From Chlamydiota bacterium (GTDB lineage Bacteria > Chlamydiota > Chlamydiia > Chlamydiales > SM23-39): 53,779 nucleotides of DNA. The notes under the pieces were generated by a model. That model saw only the letters and a list, made by a program, of their open reading frames with translations, made no database searches and had not been told where the DNA came from. The position numbers and the translations under genes are program-made. This document shows, piece after piece, positions 8,899 through 18,828 of this stretch (the stretch's first letter is position 1; every line of letters begins with the position of its first letter). The stretch lies in the NCBI GenBank assembly GCA_039179045.1, contig JBCDEZ010000003.1:1-53779 (forward strand), read 5' to 3'.

Positions 8899-10506
8899 TT
8901 ACGACTTGGTCGTAGCCGTCTCTCTTGCCTCGAGATCTTCCGAAGACGACTCTTCTGATGCAATGATAGCATCTTCTTCGTCCTTTACAGAAACCGTGCT
9001 ATCTTGGGAGGTCTTTTCTTTTGTCAAGCTCAAGAACTGCCCATTCAAAGAACGTACAGCTGTGAGCCAACAAGCGACGATCCCAAACAAAATGATCGCA
9101 ATATACGGAGCCATGGCAATCACTGTTCCGAATGGAATCAGCAAGAGAGTCAGCAACAAAGAGCCTCCCGACTTGCCGAGTCTTGCGCCAACAACATCGA
9201 TAGCTGCCTTTCCTTTCACTTTCATTTCAGAATCAAGGGGAATATAGGCCATCTCCTTTGTTGGATCGAAAAGGGAGTACTTAGAAGATTTGGTCATGAT
9301 GTTTTGGATCATACCAATCAGTACTGCCATCGCCAAGGGTGAAGTTCCCATACTTGCCAAGAAAGTGACGAAATTCTCCTTAAAAATGATGAAGGAAAGG
9401 AACGTACTTCCCGTAATCAGCAGAACAATAGGAGTAATGGCGGCGGTGACTCCCCAGCCAAACATTCGGACAACGTTTCCTCCAACAAAGAGCATCATGA
9501 TCGATGTGACAAATCCCGTATAATAGGAAAATTGCCCCATAAATGCAGCGTACTCATTGGGCGTAGGGTATTGCAGTTTGAGCTGACTTTTCCAAGTTAC
9601 CTCTACAATGTTGATCGAAATGCCATAACCGATCACAAGCATTGCGATGCACGCCAAATACTTGGAAGAAAGAAGGTGCTTAAAGCTCTCTTTGATCGAT
9701 AGCTTAGGCTTGTTTTTCTTCTTTACAGTTTCACTTGGATTGTAAAAACGGGGGTCTGTGAGAACATTTTTTCCCATCCAGTAGTGGATTGCCACTACAG
9801 CGATACCTGCTACAACAACAAGACCCATGAGCCAGTTCAACGAGTATTGCCAAGGGTCCACACCCTCTGGAAGAGAGCTCTGTAGTCGAGAAAAATAGGT
9901 AATCAAAGGTCCTGAGACCATGAGAGCTAAGTTCGCGCCCAACCCTAGTACAGAGTAAAAACGCTTAGCCTCTGTTACCTTCATGATATCGTTGGCAAAT
10001 CCCCAATACAAAAGAGAAAGGACAACACTTCCCCAGAGCTCACTCATGATGTAGAAAAGGGAAAAAGACCAGTTTCGAATGATAGCGATCAGTCCCATAA
10101 ACCCTTGTGGCAGAATTGCTTGTAAAGAATCTGCAAAAGCATGCGGATGCAAAAATTCTCGATTGGGATAGAGAAACAATGTGAAAAGTGCGAAAAACGC
10201 AATGAAAGGTACAATGGACGCGTAGAACAAGCCCTCCTTCGACAAGCTGTTGCTCAATTTTGCATAAATGAACAGAAACAAGACAGCAAACGGCAAAGTT
10301 CCGTAGAGTTTCAAGAAGGGGACGGCTTCGGCTCCAGACCCTTTAGCTGTCACAATAATCGCATCTTTTGCATCGCGCAAAATGGTGTAATTGAACGAGA
10401 TCAAAAAAAACATCAAAAACATAGGAAGTAATTTTTTGAGCTCGAAATTGTGTACAGGCCAAAGTCTTGAGCGCCATTTACCAAATTCAGTGGTAGTCTG
10501 TGACAT
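8899..10506 (-). CDS. npt1: ADP/ATP translocase (nucleotide transporter, NTT/TLC family)
   Basis: Motifs LWPVHNFELKKLLPM, FNYTILRDAKD, ELWGSVVLSLLYWGFAN, SKYSLFDPTKEMAYIPLD, KGKAAIDVVGARLGKSGG. Confidence 0.96.
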   Translation of the reverse strand: MSQTTTEFGKWRSRLWPVHNFELKKLLPMFLMFFLISFNYTILRDAKDAIIVTAKGSGAEAVPFLKLYGTLPFAVLFLFIYAKLSNSLSKEGLFYASIVPFIAFFALFTLFLYPNREFLHPHAFADSLQAILPQGFMGLIAIIRNWSFSLFYIMSELWGSVVLSLLYWGFANDIMKVTEAKRFYSVLGLGANLALMVSGPLITYFSRLQSSLPEGVDPWQYSLNWLMGLVVVAGIAVVAIHYWMGKNVLTDPRFYNPSETVKKKNKPKLSIKESFKHLLSSKYLACIAMLVIGYGISINIVEVTWKSQLKLQYPTPNEYAAFMGQFSYYTGFVTSIMMLFVGGNVVRMFGWGVTAAITPIVLLITGSTFLSFIIFKENFVTFLASMGTSPLAMAVLIGMIQNIMTKSSKYSLFDPTKEMAYIPLDSEMKVKGKAAIDVVGARLGKSGGSLLLTLLLIPFGTVIAMAPYIAIILFGIVACWLTAVRSLNGQFLSLTKEKTSQDSTVSVKDEEDAIIASEESSSEDLEARETATTKS

Positions 10507-10673
10507 ATCTTTGATCCTTAGTATGATATTATGTAAAATTTGATTGGTTTGCTAATGCAGAATCACAATGAATCAATTATAAAGGATTCTCCGTAAAAAT
10601 CAAATACAAAATGAAGTCTGCTGGGTTGTTGGGGAGGGCGTCCGCAGCGATGAACCGCAGCGCCCTATCTTGT

Positions 10674-11198
10674 TTATGCGTTGCTTTTGTGCGTCGAATC
10701 TGTTGCCTCTTGCATGCCTGTTACGCATTCGGTATACATGTTCCAAAGATCTTGATCCACCTGGTTTTGCTTGATGGATAAAATAAGATTTCTTTTGCAT
10801 GTAGCAAGAGATTTTTTTGGACTGAGGACCGAGATGATTTCCGTGTCGCCAGCTAACCTTGCAATGTTGAGCATCCGCTCCAATTGCGAACGAGTGAAAA
10901 GAAGTTGGTCTTTTCTTTTTCTCGATCCTCTAGCGGCCCTTGGTTTGGGAGCGATTACAGAGGGCTCTTCTTTTTGAATGACAAACTTCTTCAACAATTT
11001 TGCCAAATCTTCTGGTTTTTTTGATTTCATTTTTTTCAAAGTGAAATGGTGCATATATCCTCCACTGGACATAGGGAGATATTTGCACAGTTCATTTTCT
11101 TTTTTCGCTCCAATTTTTTTAATAGCCTTCTCAATAATGGCTTCTATGTCATTCAAATCTTTTTTCTCTTTGAGTGTTCCGTTTTGTGCATTGCTCAT
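10674..11198 (-). CDS. Conserved chlamydial DNA-binding protein (CT066/DdbA-like)
   Basis: Motifs KKENELCKYLP..GGYMHHFTLKKMK and PKPRAARGSRKRKD. Lies between npt1 and ytgA, as in Chlamydia. Confidence 0.85.
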   Translation of the reverse strand: MSNAQNGTLKEKKDLNDIEAIIEKAIKKIGAKKENELCKYLPMSSGGYMHHFTLKKMKSKKPEDLAKLLKKFVIQKEEPSVIAPKPRAARGSRKRKDQLLFTRSQLERMLNIARLAGDTEIISVLSPKKSLATCKRNLILSIKQNQVDQDLWNMYTECVTGMQEATDSTHKSNA

Positions 11199-11566
11199 TT
11201 AAAACCTTCCTTACCGTTAAAATTTTTGCGTGGATTACCTTGGTGTTGTTCACGTGACATCGGTCCCGGTTTCCCTTTCTTTCTCATGGGGGATATCTTC
11301 GTTTGAAAAGATCCTGTTTTAGGCAAATTATACCCCGATAGATTAGAAGGAGAAAAGCAATCTTCAATATTGATTTATTATAGAAAAGCAAGTGCTTTTA
11401 TGCAAGAATGCGAGTTTGTTTTTTTGAGAAGTTCGAATCGAAACAAGGGAGTCGGGATAGTCCATCGACAATATTATCTATTGAAAGCGCCCAAAGTGAC
11501 CGGTAGAATTTAAAAGCTTTGGATGCTATGTTATGGTGGTATGTCGGAGGTTTTCTGAATAATAGA

Positions 11567-12505
11567 ATGCGTACCTTGTTTTATATTCTTCTTGCCTCTT
11601 TGACCTTCTTGTGGCTTTTACCTAACAGATCTATTTTTCCAAGGACAGAAGAGCGAAACACAAGGCCTTTGATTGTCTCTACTACGAGCATGATTGGGGA
11701 TCTGGTGACAGCAATTGTTGGTGATCACCTCGATCATTATGTCCTTATTCGAGGTGAACTCGACCCCCACGGTTACCAATTGGTGAAAGGGGACGCAGAT
11801 CGGTTTGATAGAGCCGATATCGTATTTTGTAATGGCTTGGGATTGGAGCACGGAGTTTCGTTAGTACAGGCCTTGCAGCAGCACCCGCGTGCGGTCTATT
11901 TAGGAGATCAAGTGCGTGCGCGTATCCCCGAAAAAATCCTCTCAATAGAGGGAGCTTGGGATCCACATATTTGGATGGATGTTTCTCTTTGGATGGAAGC
12001 GAGCTATATAGTCGAGGAAGTGTTGTCTATCCGTTTTTCTGAATACAAACCATTTTTTCAACGCAATGCAACCTCTTTGCGCCAGAAATGGAGCCGTTTG
12101 CATACATATCTGCTGACAACAGTAGCGCAGATTCCCGAAGAAAAAAGATACATTGTGACGAGCCACGACGCGTTTTCCTATTTTGTGCGCACCTACTTTT
12201 GTGAGGGAAAACACACATGGCAAGAGCGCCTGCAAGCGCCTGCAGGACTTGCTCCTGATGGCAAACTCAGCTTTCACGACCTCGCAACAACCTTGCAGTA
12301 CATTGAAAAGTTTTCTGTAGCGACCATTTTCCCCGAGTCGAATCTCTCCCAAGCTTCTCTGAAGAAAATTGTCCAATGCTCAGCTAGGCGAGGACAACCT
12401 GTGCAAATCGCAAAACAAGCTCTGTATGGAGACACGATGGGCAACAAGAGTTATCCCGAAATGATGCGGCATAATGCAGATGTTTTGAGGGAGTGGTTAC
12501 AGTGA
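11567..12505 (+). CDS. ytgA: Metal (Fe/Mn/Zn) ABC transporter substrate-binding protein, TroA/YtgA family
   Basis: Motifs DPHGY, NGLGLE, DPHIWMD, TSHDAFSYF. Hydrophobic N-terminus from ATG at 11567. Confidence 0.93.
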   Translation: MRTLFYILLASLTFLWLLPNRSIFPRTEERNTRPLIVSTTSMIGDLVTAIVGDHLDHYVLIRGELDPHGYQLVKGDADRFDRADIVFCNGLGLEHGVSLVQALQQHPRAVYLGDQVRARIPEKILSIEGAWDPHIWMDVSLWMEASYIVEEVLSIRFSEYKPFFQRNATSLRQKWSRLHTYLLTTVAQIPEEKRYIVTSHDAFSYFVRTYFCEGKHTWQERLQAPAGLAPDGKLSFHDLATTLQYIEKFSVATIFPESNLSQASLKKIVQCSARRGQPVQIAKQALYGDTMGNKSYPEMMRHNADVLREWLQ

Positions 12506-13269
12506 AAAGATTTGTATGTCAAGGGCTAACGGTTCACTACGGAGCCACGCTTTCTTTGTGGAACCTCTCTTTTTCTGTCGATCAGGGTGGACTCATCGGG
12601 ATCATTGGCCCAAACGGAGCTGGCAAAAGTTCCTTCATACAAGCGGCCATGGGGCAGATACAACCTAGTTCGGGAAAAGTTCTATTTTGGGGACATCCAC
12701 TATCCCACGTCGCGGAAAAAGTGACCTACATGCCCCAAAAGGGATCGATCGATTGGAATTTCCCCATCACGGTCTTCGATGTAGTCCTGATGGGGCGGTA
12801 TCACAAAATGCGTTTTTGGAAACGGCCCAGAAAGGCCGACCTTCTCTTAGCAGAAGAGGCACTAGAAAAAGTAGGCATGCACCATCTCAAAGATAAGCAG
12901 ATTGGAGAACTTTCTGGAGGACAGCAAAAGCGTGTTTTCTTCGCCCGTGCTTTGGTGCAAGGAGGAAAAATCTATTTTCTGGATGAACCGTTTCAAGGTG
13001 TTGATTTAGAAACAGAGACGATCATCATGCTCTTGCTCCAAGAGCTGGCAGAAGCAGGTAGCACGTTGTTTGTTGTGCACCATGATTTGCATACGGTGAA
13101 AAAATACTTCTCAGATCTCCTTCTCTTGAACAGATCACTCATCGATTTTGGACCTGTAGAAAAGGTGTTTACCGAAAAGAATCTCCACCTTTTGTACCGG
13201 AAGACACCCTTTCTTTTCGAAGAGGCAGATGCGCTATCTCGAGGTAGCCAGCAAGGGATTTACCTATGA
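12493..13269 (+). CDS. ytgB: Metal ABC transporter ATP-binding protein
   Basis: Motifs GPNGAGKS, LSGGQ, LDEPF, VVHHDL. Confidence 0.95.
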   Translation: MVTVKRFVCQGLTVHYGATLSLWNLSFSVDQGGLIGIIGPNGAGKSSFIQAAMGQIQPSSGKVLFWGHPLSHVAEKVTYMPQKGSIDWNFPITVFDVVLMGRYHKMRFWKRPRKADLLLAEEALEKVGMHHLKDKQIGELSGGQQKRVFFARALVQGGKIYFLDEPFQGVDLETETIIMLLLQELAEAGSTLFVVHHDLHTVKKYFSDLLLLNRSLIDFGPVEKVFTEKNLHLLYRKTPFLFEEADALSRGSQQGIYL

Positions 13270-14546
13270 CCTTTCTCTGGGATCCTCTTTATTCCTCCTC
13301 TATCTTAGGGTCCTGTCTTCTTTGCTTTTGCGCTGGGGTGATGGGTGTAATTCTGTTCCTTAGAAAGCGCTCGCTTCTGAGCGAAATTCTAGCCCATGCT
13401 GCCTATCCTGGATTCGCCTTGGGAGGCATAGCAGCCGCTTTTTTGGAACGAGATCTTTGGGTTTGTTCTCTTTGTGGTGCTGTTGTCACTGCTTTGCTCG
13501 GCTGCTGGTCGCTCTCTTTTTTTGAAAAGCGCGCTCGTTCTCCAGATGCCGCAATGAGTGTGGTCATGAGCGGTTTTTTTGCCTGGGGACTTCTATTGGC
13601 TAGCTATCTGCAAAATAGCAACGGCGCTCTTTTTCTTGAGGTGCAAAAATGCTTTTTTGGAGAAGTGACCACAATATTAGATGAGCATGTTCTCGTTTAC
13701 GCATCCCTAGCTTTGAGCGTGATCTTGTTCTGCTACTTGTTCTATCGCAAGTTGCAGCTGCACCTTTTCGATCCCCAGTATAGCAAAACGATGCACCTGT
13801 ACGACTGGAAGGTAGAAGCTCTAGGTGCTTTTCTTCTGATCTTGGCTGTGGTGATGGGCATTCGGTCTTGTGGATTGATTCTTGTATCGGCTATGCTGAT
13901 TGCTCCTGCCGCGGCAGCGCGCTTATTTGCCTCTTCTCTTGCTGCATTTTTTGTGCTTGCAGGGGCATTTGCCCTACTTGCTGGTTTTATCGGGAATGTT
14001 CTCGCGATCAAGGTGGTTCTTTGGAACGATCAAGGAGCTTTTTTTCTTCCCCCAGGACCTTTGATTGTTCTCACGGCAGGAATTCTCGTTATAGGAGCCC
14101 ACCTCTTCGCTCCCAAAGGTTTGTTGGTGAAGCGTTTGCGCATTCTCTCTTTTCGAGCACGCACCTTGCAAGAAAACCTTCTCAAAGAACTCTACGATCC
14201 CGAAAGAACAGGAGGGTTGGTTGCATCTGGCAGTTGGCCTTTGCAGCACATACTGAAGCCTTATTTTCTCAGACATATGCGAAGAGAGGGGCTCATTTCC
14301 ACGGAGAAAGGGAATATGTTCTTAACAGAAGAGGGCAAAAAAAAAGCCTTAAAAATCATACGTCTGCATAGGTTATGGGAGGTATATCTTACAGAACGCA
14401 TGGGCGTCTCTGCTAACCTAGTACATCCAAGCGCAGAGGAGATGGAGCACATTTTGACCCCCGACCTTGAAAAACGTCTCGACCAACTTCTCAAGCAACC
14501 CCAAAGAGATCCGCACAACCAACCCATTCCAGAGAGATTCTCATGA
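13266..14546 (+). CDS. ytgC: Metal ABC permease fused to a C-terminal DtxR-like repressor (YtgCR)
   Basis: ABC-3 permease N-terminal part. C-terminal LTEEG...IIRLHRLWEVYL...AEEMEHIL...DPHNQPIP is the DtxR/MntR dimerisation and metal-binding domain. Confidence 0.93.
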   Translation: MTFLWDPLYSSSILGSCLLCFCAGVMGVILFLRKRSLLSEILAHAAYPGFALGGIAAAFLERDLWVCSLCGAVVTALLGCWSLSFFEKRARSPDAAMSVVMSGFFAWGLLLASYLQNSNGALFLEVQKCFFGEVTTILDEHVLVYASLALSVILFCYLFYRKLQLHLFDPQYSKTMHLYDWKVEALGAFLLILAVVMGIRSCGLILVSAMLIAPAAAARLFASSLAAFFVLAGAFALLAGFIGNVLAIKVVLWNDQGAFFLPPGPLIVLTAGILVIGAHLFAPKGLLVKRLRILSFRARTLQENLLKELYDPERTGGLVASGSWPLQHILKPYFLRHMRREGLISTEKGNMFLTEEGKKKALKIIRLHRLWEVYLTERMGVSANLVHPSAEEMEHILTPDLEKRLDQLLKQPQRDPHNQPIPERFS

Positions 14547-15505
14547 ATCCGTACCAAGGACTCTCCTTCTTTGCTTTTTTTCCTCTCTTTTTCGAAAGAC
14601 TTTTCCTAGTTCTTTCAGGGCAGTTATCTTTAGAGAAGTGGACTATTGATGAGCTACAGATCGCTTCCCTGGCTCTTTTGAGTATCTCTTGCGCTCTTTT
14701 AGGAGCTTTTTTGCTCTTGCGCCGTTCTTTGATGATTGCAACGGCCCTTTCGCATACAGTTCTTCTAGGTATCGTGAGCGCCTGGATCATTTTTCGCTAT
14801 TTTGGCGCTTCTATTTCTGTCTTCTACGAAAGTTTGCCCTTCCTTTTTCTGGTATCCCTACTTGCTGCTTTTTTCACATACGCGCTCGAGGAGGTGTTTT
14901 CCCGCGTTCTCCAAATCCAGCAAGATGCAAGCATAGCTCTGGTCTTTCATGTTTTGTTTGCAGCAGGTGTTTTGTTTGTCACCCTATTCACGAAAAATAC
15001 GCATTTAGGTACCGAAGTGATGAGCGGAAATATCGATGCTCTTTCCCTTTTTGATGTGAAGGTATTGGGACTTTTAGCCCTAGTGAATACCCTGTTTTTT
15101 TCTCTTTGTTATCCAGGTCTTCTAGTCACCAGCTTCGATCCAATTTTGGCTAGAAATTTGGGCTGCTCCTTGCTCTTCTATCGGGGTATGCTTTTTTTGA
15201 TGACTTCGACTACGATCATTGCAGCCTTTCGGAGTGTGGGAATTGTCCTAGTACTCGCGTTTTTGACCTTACCCTACCTGACTGCTAGAGTATGCACATA
15301 TAGACTGATTTCCATTTTACTCTTGAGTCCCCTTTTTGGGGTCAGTGCCGCTTTGATTGGGGCGGCTTTGTCTCGACATCTGCTTTCTGTATACACTCTC
15401 GCGGTTTCTACCTCGGCGATCATCACCCTTGTCCTATTTTTACAGTATGGTGCTATGCTAGCTTTTGTGCAAAAACAAGCAGAGAGAAAAAGGACAAGTC
15501 CGTGA
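14543..15505 (+). CDS. ytgD: Metal ABC transporter permease
   Basis: Hydrophobic ABC-3 permease (ALSHTVLLGI, SFDPILA, AFRSVG). Fourth gene of the operon, with ATGA overlap. Confidence 0.92.
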   Translation: MNPYQGLSFFAFFPLFFERLFLVLSGQLSLEKWTIDELQIASLALLSISCALLGAFLLLRRSLMIATALSHTVLLGIVSAWIIFRYFGASISVFYESLPFLFLVSLLAAFFTYALEEVFSRVLQIQQDASIALVFHVLFAAGVLFVTLFTKNTHLGTEVMSGNIDALSLFDVKVLGLLALVNTLFFSLCYPGLLVTSFDPILARNLGCSLLFYRGMLFLMTSTTIIAAFRSVGIVLVLAFLTLPYLTARVCTYRLISILLLSPLFGVSAALIGAALSRHLLSVYTLAVSTSAIITLVLFLQYGAMLAFVQKQAERKRTSP

Positions 15506-16650
15506 AAAAATTGGCAATTTTGGGATCTACAGGGTCGGTAGGAAGAAATGCTCTACGAGTAGTGGAAGAGTTTGGTGACCGTATATCGGTAGTCGCTCTC
15601 GCTGCCCATTCCAACGCGTCGCTTTTGTACCAGCAAGCCTGTATCTTTCGGCCCAAGACTGTTGTGCTCTACGATAGCAACGAAGCAAAACTTTTGCAAA
15701 GACAGCTCCCCTTTTGTCAAGTTCTCACCGGTCCAGAAGGACTTCTCGAGGCAGCTACAGACCCCTCTGTAGAGCAGGTCTTGTTTGCTATGAGTGGCTC
15801 TCAGGCAATCGCACCTTGTCTCGAAGCGATCATTGCAGGCAAAACCATTCTTTTAGCAAATAAGGAAATTCTTGTGTCTGCAGGCTTTTTGATCATGCAA
15901 GAGTTGCGGAAGCAAAAGGGGATTTTGCTGCCCGTCGATAGCGAGCACAGCGCCATCTATCAGTGTCTATCTCTCGGCAGAAAAGAGGAAGTCGATCAGA
16001 TTGTTTTGACTGCTTCTGGGGGACCTTTTCTTGGATTTAATGAGAAGAGGCTCGCTGAGGTATCTGTCGAAGATGCGCTACGACATCCCCAATGGAAGAT
16101 GGGAAGAAAAATCAGCGTCGACTCCTCTACCTTGATGAATAAGGGACTCGAGGTGATCGAAGCACACCATCTTTTTTCCTTTCCGCGCGAGCAAATTGGT
16201 GTTCTGATCCATCCAGAGAGTACCGTACACGGTCTAGTTCGCTACCGGGATGGGCAGGTGATCGCGCACTGCGCCTCTCCCGATATGAGGACCCCGTTGC
16301 AGTATGCGCTTTTCTATCCCGAGCGCCTCGATGCGAATGTTCCTCCGTGCGATTTTGCCCAGCTAGGACAACTCACCTTTTCCCATCCCGACACAGCGAA
16401 TTTTCCTTGTCTCGAATTTGCCTGGCAAGCCCTTTTAGAGAAACATTCTTTTGCCTGCACTCTCAATGCTGCGAACGAAGAGCTCGTCTACCTTTTCCTC
16501 GAAAGAAAAATCCGCTGGCAGGAAATCGCAACTTCTTTGGAAAAAATCCTTTCCTTGCATCGATCAGAAAATATGCTATCTTTAGAAGATGTCTTTTCTG
16601 TAGACAAAGAGGCCAGAATCCTCGCAAAAGAGAGCGCATCGGTATGTTGA
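15502..16650 (+). CDS. dxr: 1-deoxy-D-xylulose-5-phosphate reductoisomerase
   Basis: Motifs LGSTGSVG, LANKE, LPVDSEHSAI, HPQWKMGRKISVDSSTLMNKGLEVIEA. Confidence 0.97.
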   Translation: MKKLAILGSTGSVGRNALRVVEEFGDRISVVALAAHSNASLLYQQACIFRPKTVVLYDSNEAKLLQRQLPFCQVLTGPEGLLEAATDPSVEQVLFAMSGSQAIAPCLEAIIAGKTILLANKEILVSAGFLIMQELRKQKGILLPVDSEHSAIYQCLSLGRKEEVDQIVLTASGGPFLGFNEKRLAEVSVEDALRHPQWKMGRKISVDSSTLMNKGLEVIEAHHLFSFPREQIGVLIHPESTVHGLVRYRDGQVIAHCASPDMRTPLQYALFYPERLDANVPPCDFAQLGQLTFSHPDTANFPCLEFAWQALLEKHSFACTLNAANEELVYLFLERKIRWQEIATSLEKILSLHRSENMLSLEDVFSVDKEARILAKESASVC

Positions 16651-18578
16651 TCATTTATGCGGTACTTGCCGTTTTTGGTTTAGGCTTTCTCGTGTTCATC
16701 CATGAGATGGGACACTATCTCGTCGCAAGACGTGTGGGAATGCGCGTCGAGGCATTTGCCATCGGTTTTGGCAAACCTCTCGTATCTTGGAAGAACAAAG
16801 AGGGTGTGGAATGGCGCATTTGTCTGCTCCCTTTTGGTGGATATGTAAAGATCGCAGGGATGGAACAAGAAGGAGAGGCTGAGCCATACGAAATCGCAGA
16901 TGGGTTTTTCGGCAGCTCTCCTTGGAACCGGATCAAAGTAGCGGTGAGCGGTCCTGTTTGCAATTTTGCATTTGCGTTTTGTGCTTTTACCCTGCTTTGG
17001 TTTTTGGGGGGAAGAGAAAAACCGTTTGCAGAGTTTACGAAAAGGGTCGGTTGGATCGACTCGAAATCTTCTCTTTACGAGAAAGGTGTACGTCCTGGTG
17101 ATGAAATCCTCCAACTAAACCGGCGCCCCTTCCGTGGAGCAAAAGATCTACTTTTGTCCTCCCTCATGGTGCACAATCCTACAGAAGTTGTGGGTTTGAA
17201 GATCGATTACATCGACCAAGAAAGGTCGGAATTTCTCTACGAGATTGTTCCCTACCAAGACCCGAGACAGGCAGAACCCGACATACAAACTTTGGGCATT
17301 TTCTCTCCAGCTAGTTATCTTATATACGAGGGCTCTGCCCCAGAGCTGTTGGGAGCGCCCCTAGAAAATAGTGGCATCGCTCTCAAAGATCGGATCTTTT
17401 GGGTTGATGGGCATCTTGTCTTTTCCGCAGCGCAGCTCCGCTCGATTCTCTCCGATTCTTCCGCTTTTTTGACCATTTTGCGAGATGGGAAAAAGATCCA
17501 TTCGAAAATTCCCAGAGTGCCCATTGCGGATTTGCAGCTTCAAGACGAAGAAAGAGCAGCTCTCGACGATCTTCGTTACAACGCTTCTTTGCGCACTAAG
17601 CCTCTTGGGAAGCTCCTCTTTTTTCCCTATTTGATTGGAAGTAACAATCATGTAGAGAAAAGATTGCAGTTCCTCGATGAGAGTGAAGAGCAGCAAGCCT
17701 TTGTACAATGCACTCGTTGTCCCTTTTTCTCTCCCCTCGAGCCAGGTGATCGTATTTTGGCTGTCGATGGCGCGCCTGTCCAGAATCGCGAAGACCTCTT
17801 CCGCACGATGCAAGAAAAGCGTTCCCTAGTGATTGTAGAGCGGGATCCCACGTTTAGCCAAGACCTTTCTTGGCAGCAGGCAGATGAGGCATTTGACCGC
17901 TCCTTTCATCCAAAGGATTTGCAGGCTTTGGTCCAAGGTATCGGCCTCAGCTCACCGATTCGTTCTTCGGGCAACTTGCATCTCTTGCATTCTATCGCTC
18001 CGAAAACAGTCGCGCAATTTCCCGACTCTCCTGGAAAACAGAAAATGCTTGTAAGATTTGTAGAGCAAGAACGGGAAATTCTTGAGATCGATTCTTCAGA
18101 AAAAAGGGAGCGTTACCTCCAACTATTGGACGAGCAAAAAGCGCAACCCTATTTAGGGGTCTATTTGCGCGACCGCCTAGTTCGTTACAATCCCTCTCCT
18201 TTCGCTCTTTTAGGAGATGTGTTTGTTGAAACAGGACATACTTTCCAGTCGCTATTTTCGGGTAATTTGCATCCAAAATGGCTCTCAGGTCCTGTGGGTA
18301 TTTTGCACGCCGTGCAACATAGCTGGACGTTGGGAGGCAGAGAAGCGCTGTTTTGGATGGGCCTGATCAGTCTCAATCTAGCTATTTTGAACCTTCTTCC
18401 CATTCCTGTGCTCGATGGAGGGCATATTGCCTTTTCTTTTCTTGAAATGGTCAGAAAAAAACCAATCAAGGCGAAAACAATGCAAAAAATGATCGTGCCT
18501 TTTGTGGTATTGTTTCTGATATTCTTTGTTTTTGTGACCTATCACGACTTTCTTCGACTTCTCTCGTTCTATCTTTGA
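16644..18578 (+). CDS. rseP: Site-2 (RIP) zinc metalloprotease RseP with PDZ domains
   Basis: Motifs HEMGH, LPFGGYVKIAG, NLLPIPVLDGGH. True start is ATG at 16644, overlapping the dxr end. The ORF-track start at 16347 overlaps dxr too far. Confidence 0.94.
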   Translation: MLIIYAVLAVFGLGFLVFIHEMGHYLVARRVGMRVEAFAIGFGKPLVSWKNKEGVEWRICLLPFGGYVKIAGMEQEGEAEPYEIADGFFGSSPWNRIKVAVSGPVCNFAFAFCAFTLLWFLGGREKPFAEFTKRVGWIDSKSSLYEKGVRPGDEILQLNRRPFRGAKDLLLSSLMVHNPTEVVGLKIDYIDQERSEFLYEIVPYQDPRQAEPDIQTLGIFSPASYLIYEGSAPELLGAPLENSGIALKDRIFWVDGHLVFSAAQLRSILSDSSAFLTILRDGKKIHSKIPRVPIADLQLQDEERAALDDLRYNASLRTKPLGKLLFFPYLIGSNNHVEKRLQFLDESEEQQAFVQCTRCPFFSPLEPGDRILAVDGAPVQNREDLFRTMQEKRSLVIVERDPTFSQDLSWQQADEAFDRSFHPKDLQALVQGIGLSSPIRSSGNLHLLHSIAPKTVAQFPDSPGKQKMLVRFVEQEREILEIDSSEKRERYLQLLDEQKAQPYLGVYLRDRLVRYNPSPFALLGDVFVETGHTFQSLFSGNLHPKWLSGPVGILHAVQHSWTLGGREALFWMGLISLNLAILNLLPIPVLDGGHIAFSFLEMVRKKPIKAKTMQKMIVPFVVLFLIFFVFVTYHDFLRLLSFYL

Positions 18579-18828
18579 TCTTCACAATCAACTGATGGAG
18601 GCAGTGGAATTTGTTCATCCGCCTTCTATCGTACATCACCGTAACCACACTTCCGTAAGAGTCATACCGGGCAAAACTCATAGCAGCTACCAAAAATATT
18701 CGAGGTACTTGCGGAAATTCTTTTTTCTATTTCAAATTGATTGCCGTTTTCTCTACGCTTATCTTCTGGAAGAAGTTTTTTCTCATTTCCCTATTGTAGG
18801 TAGAAAATTTGTAGAGTGCACAGCTCAT

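Noticed and set aside
16347-16643. 99-aa N-terminal extension of RseP in the ORF track
   Set aside because: It overlaps dxr in another frame. The RseP TM1/HExxH region starts at ATG 16644.
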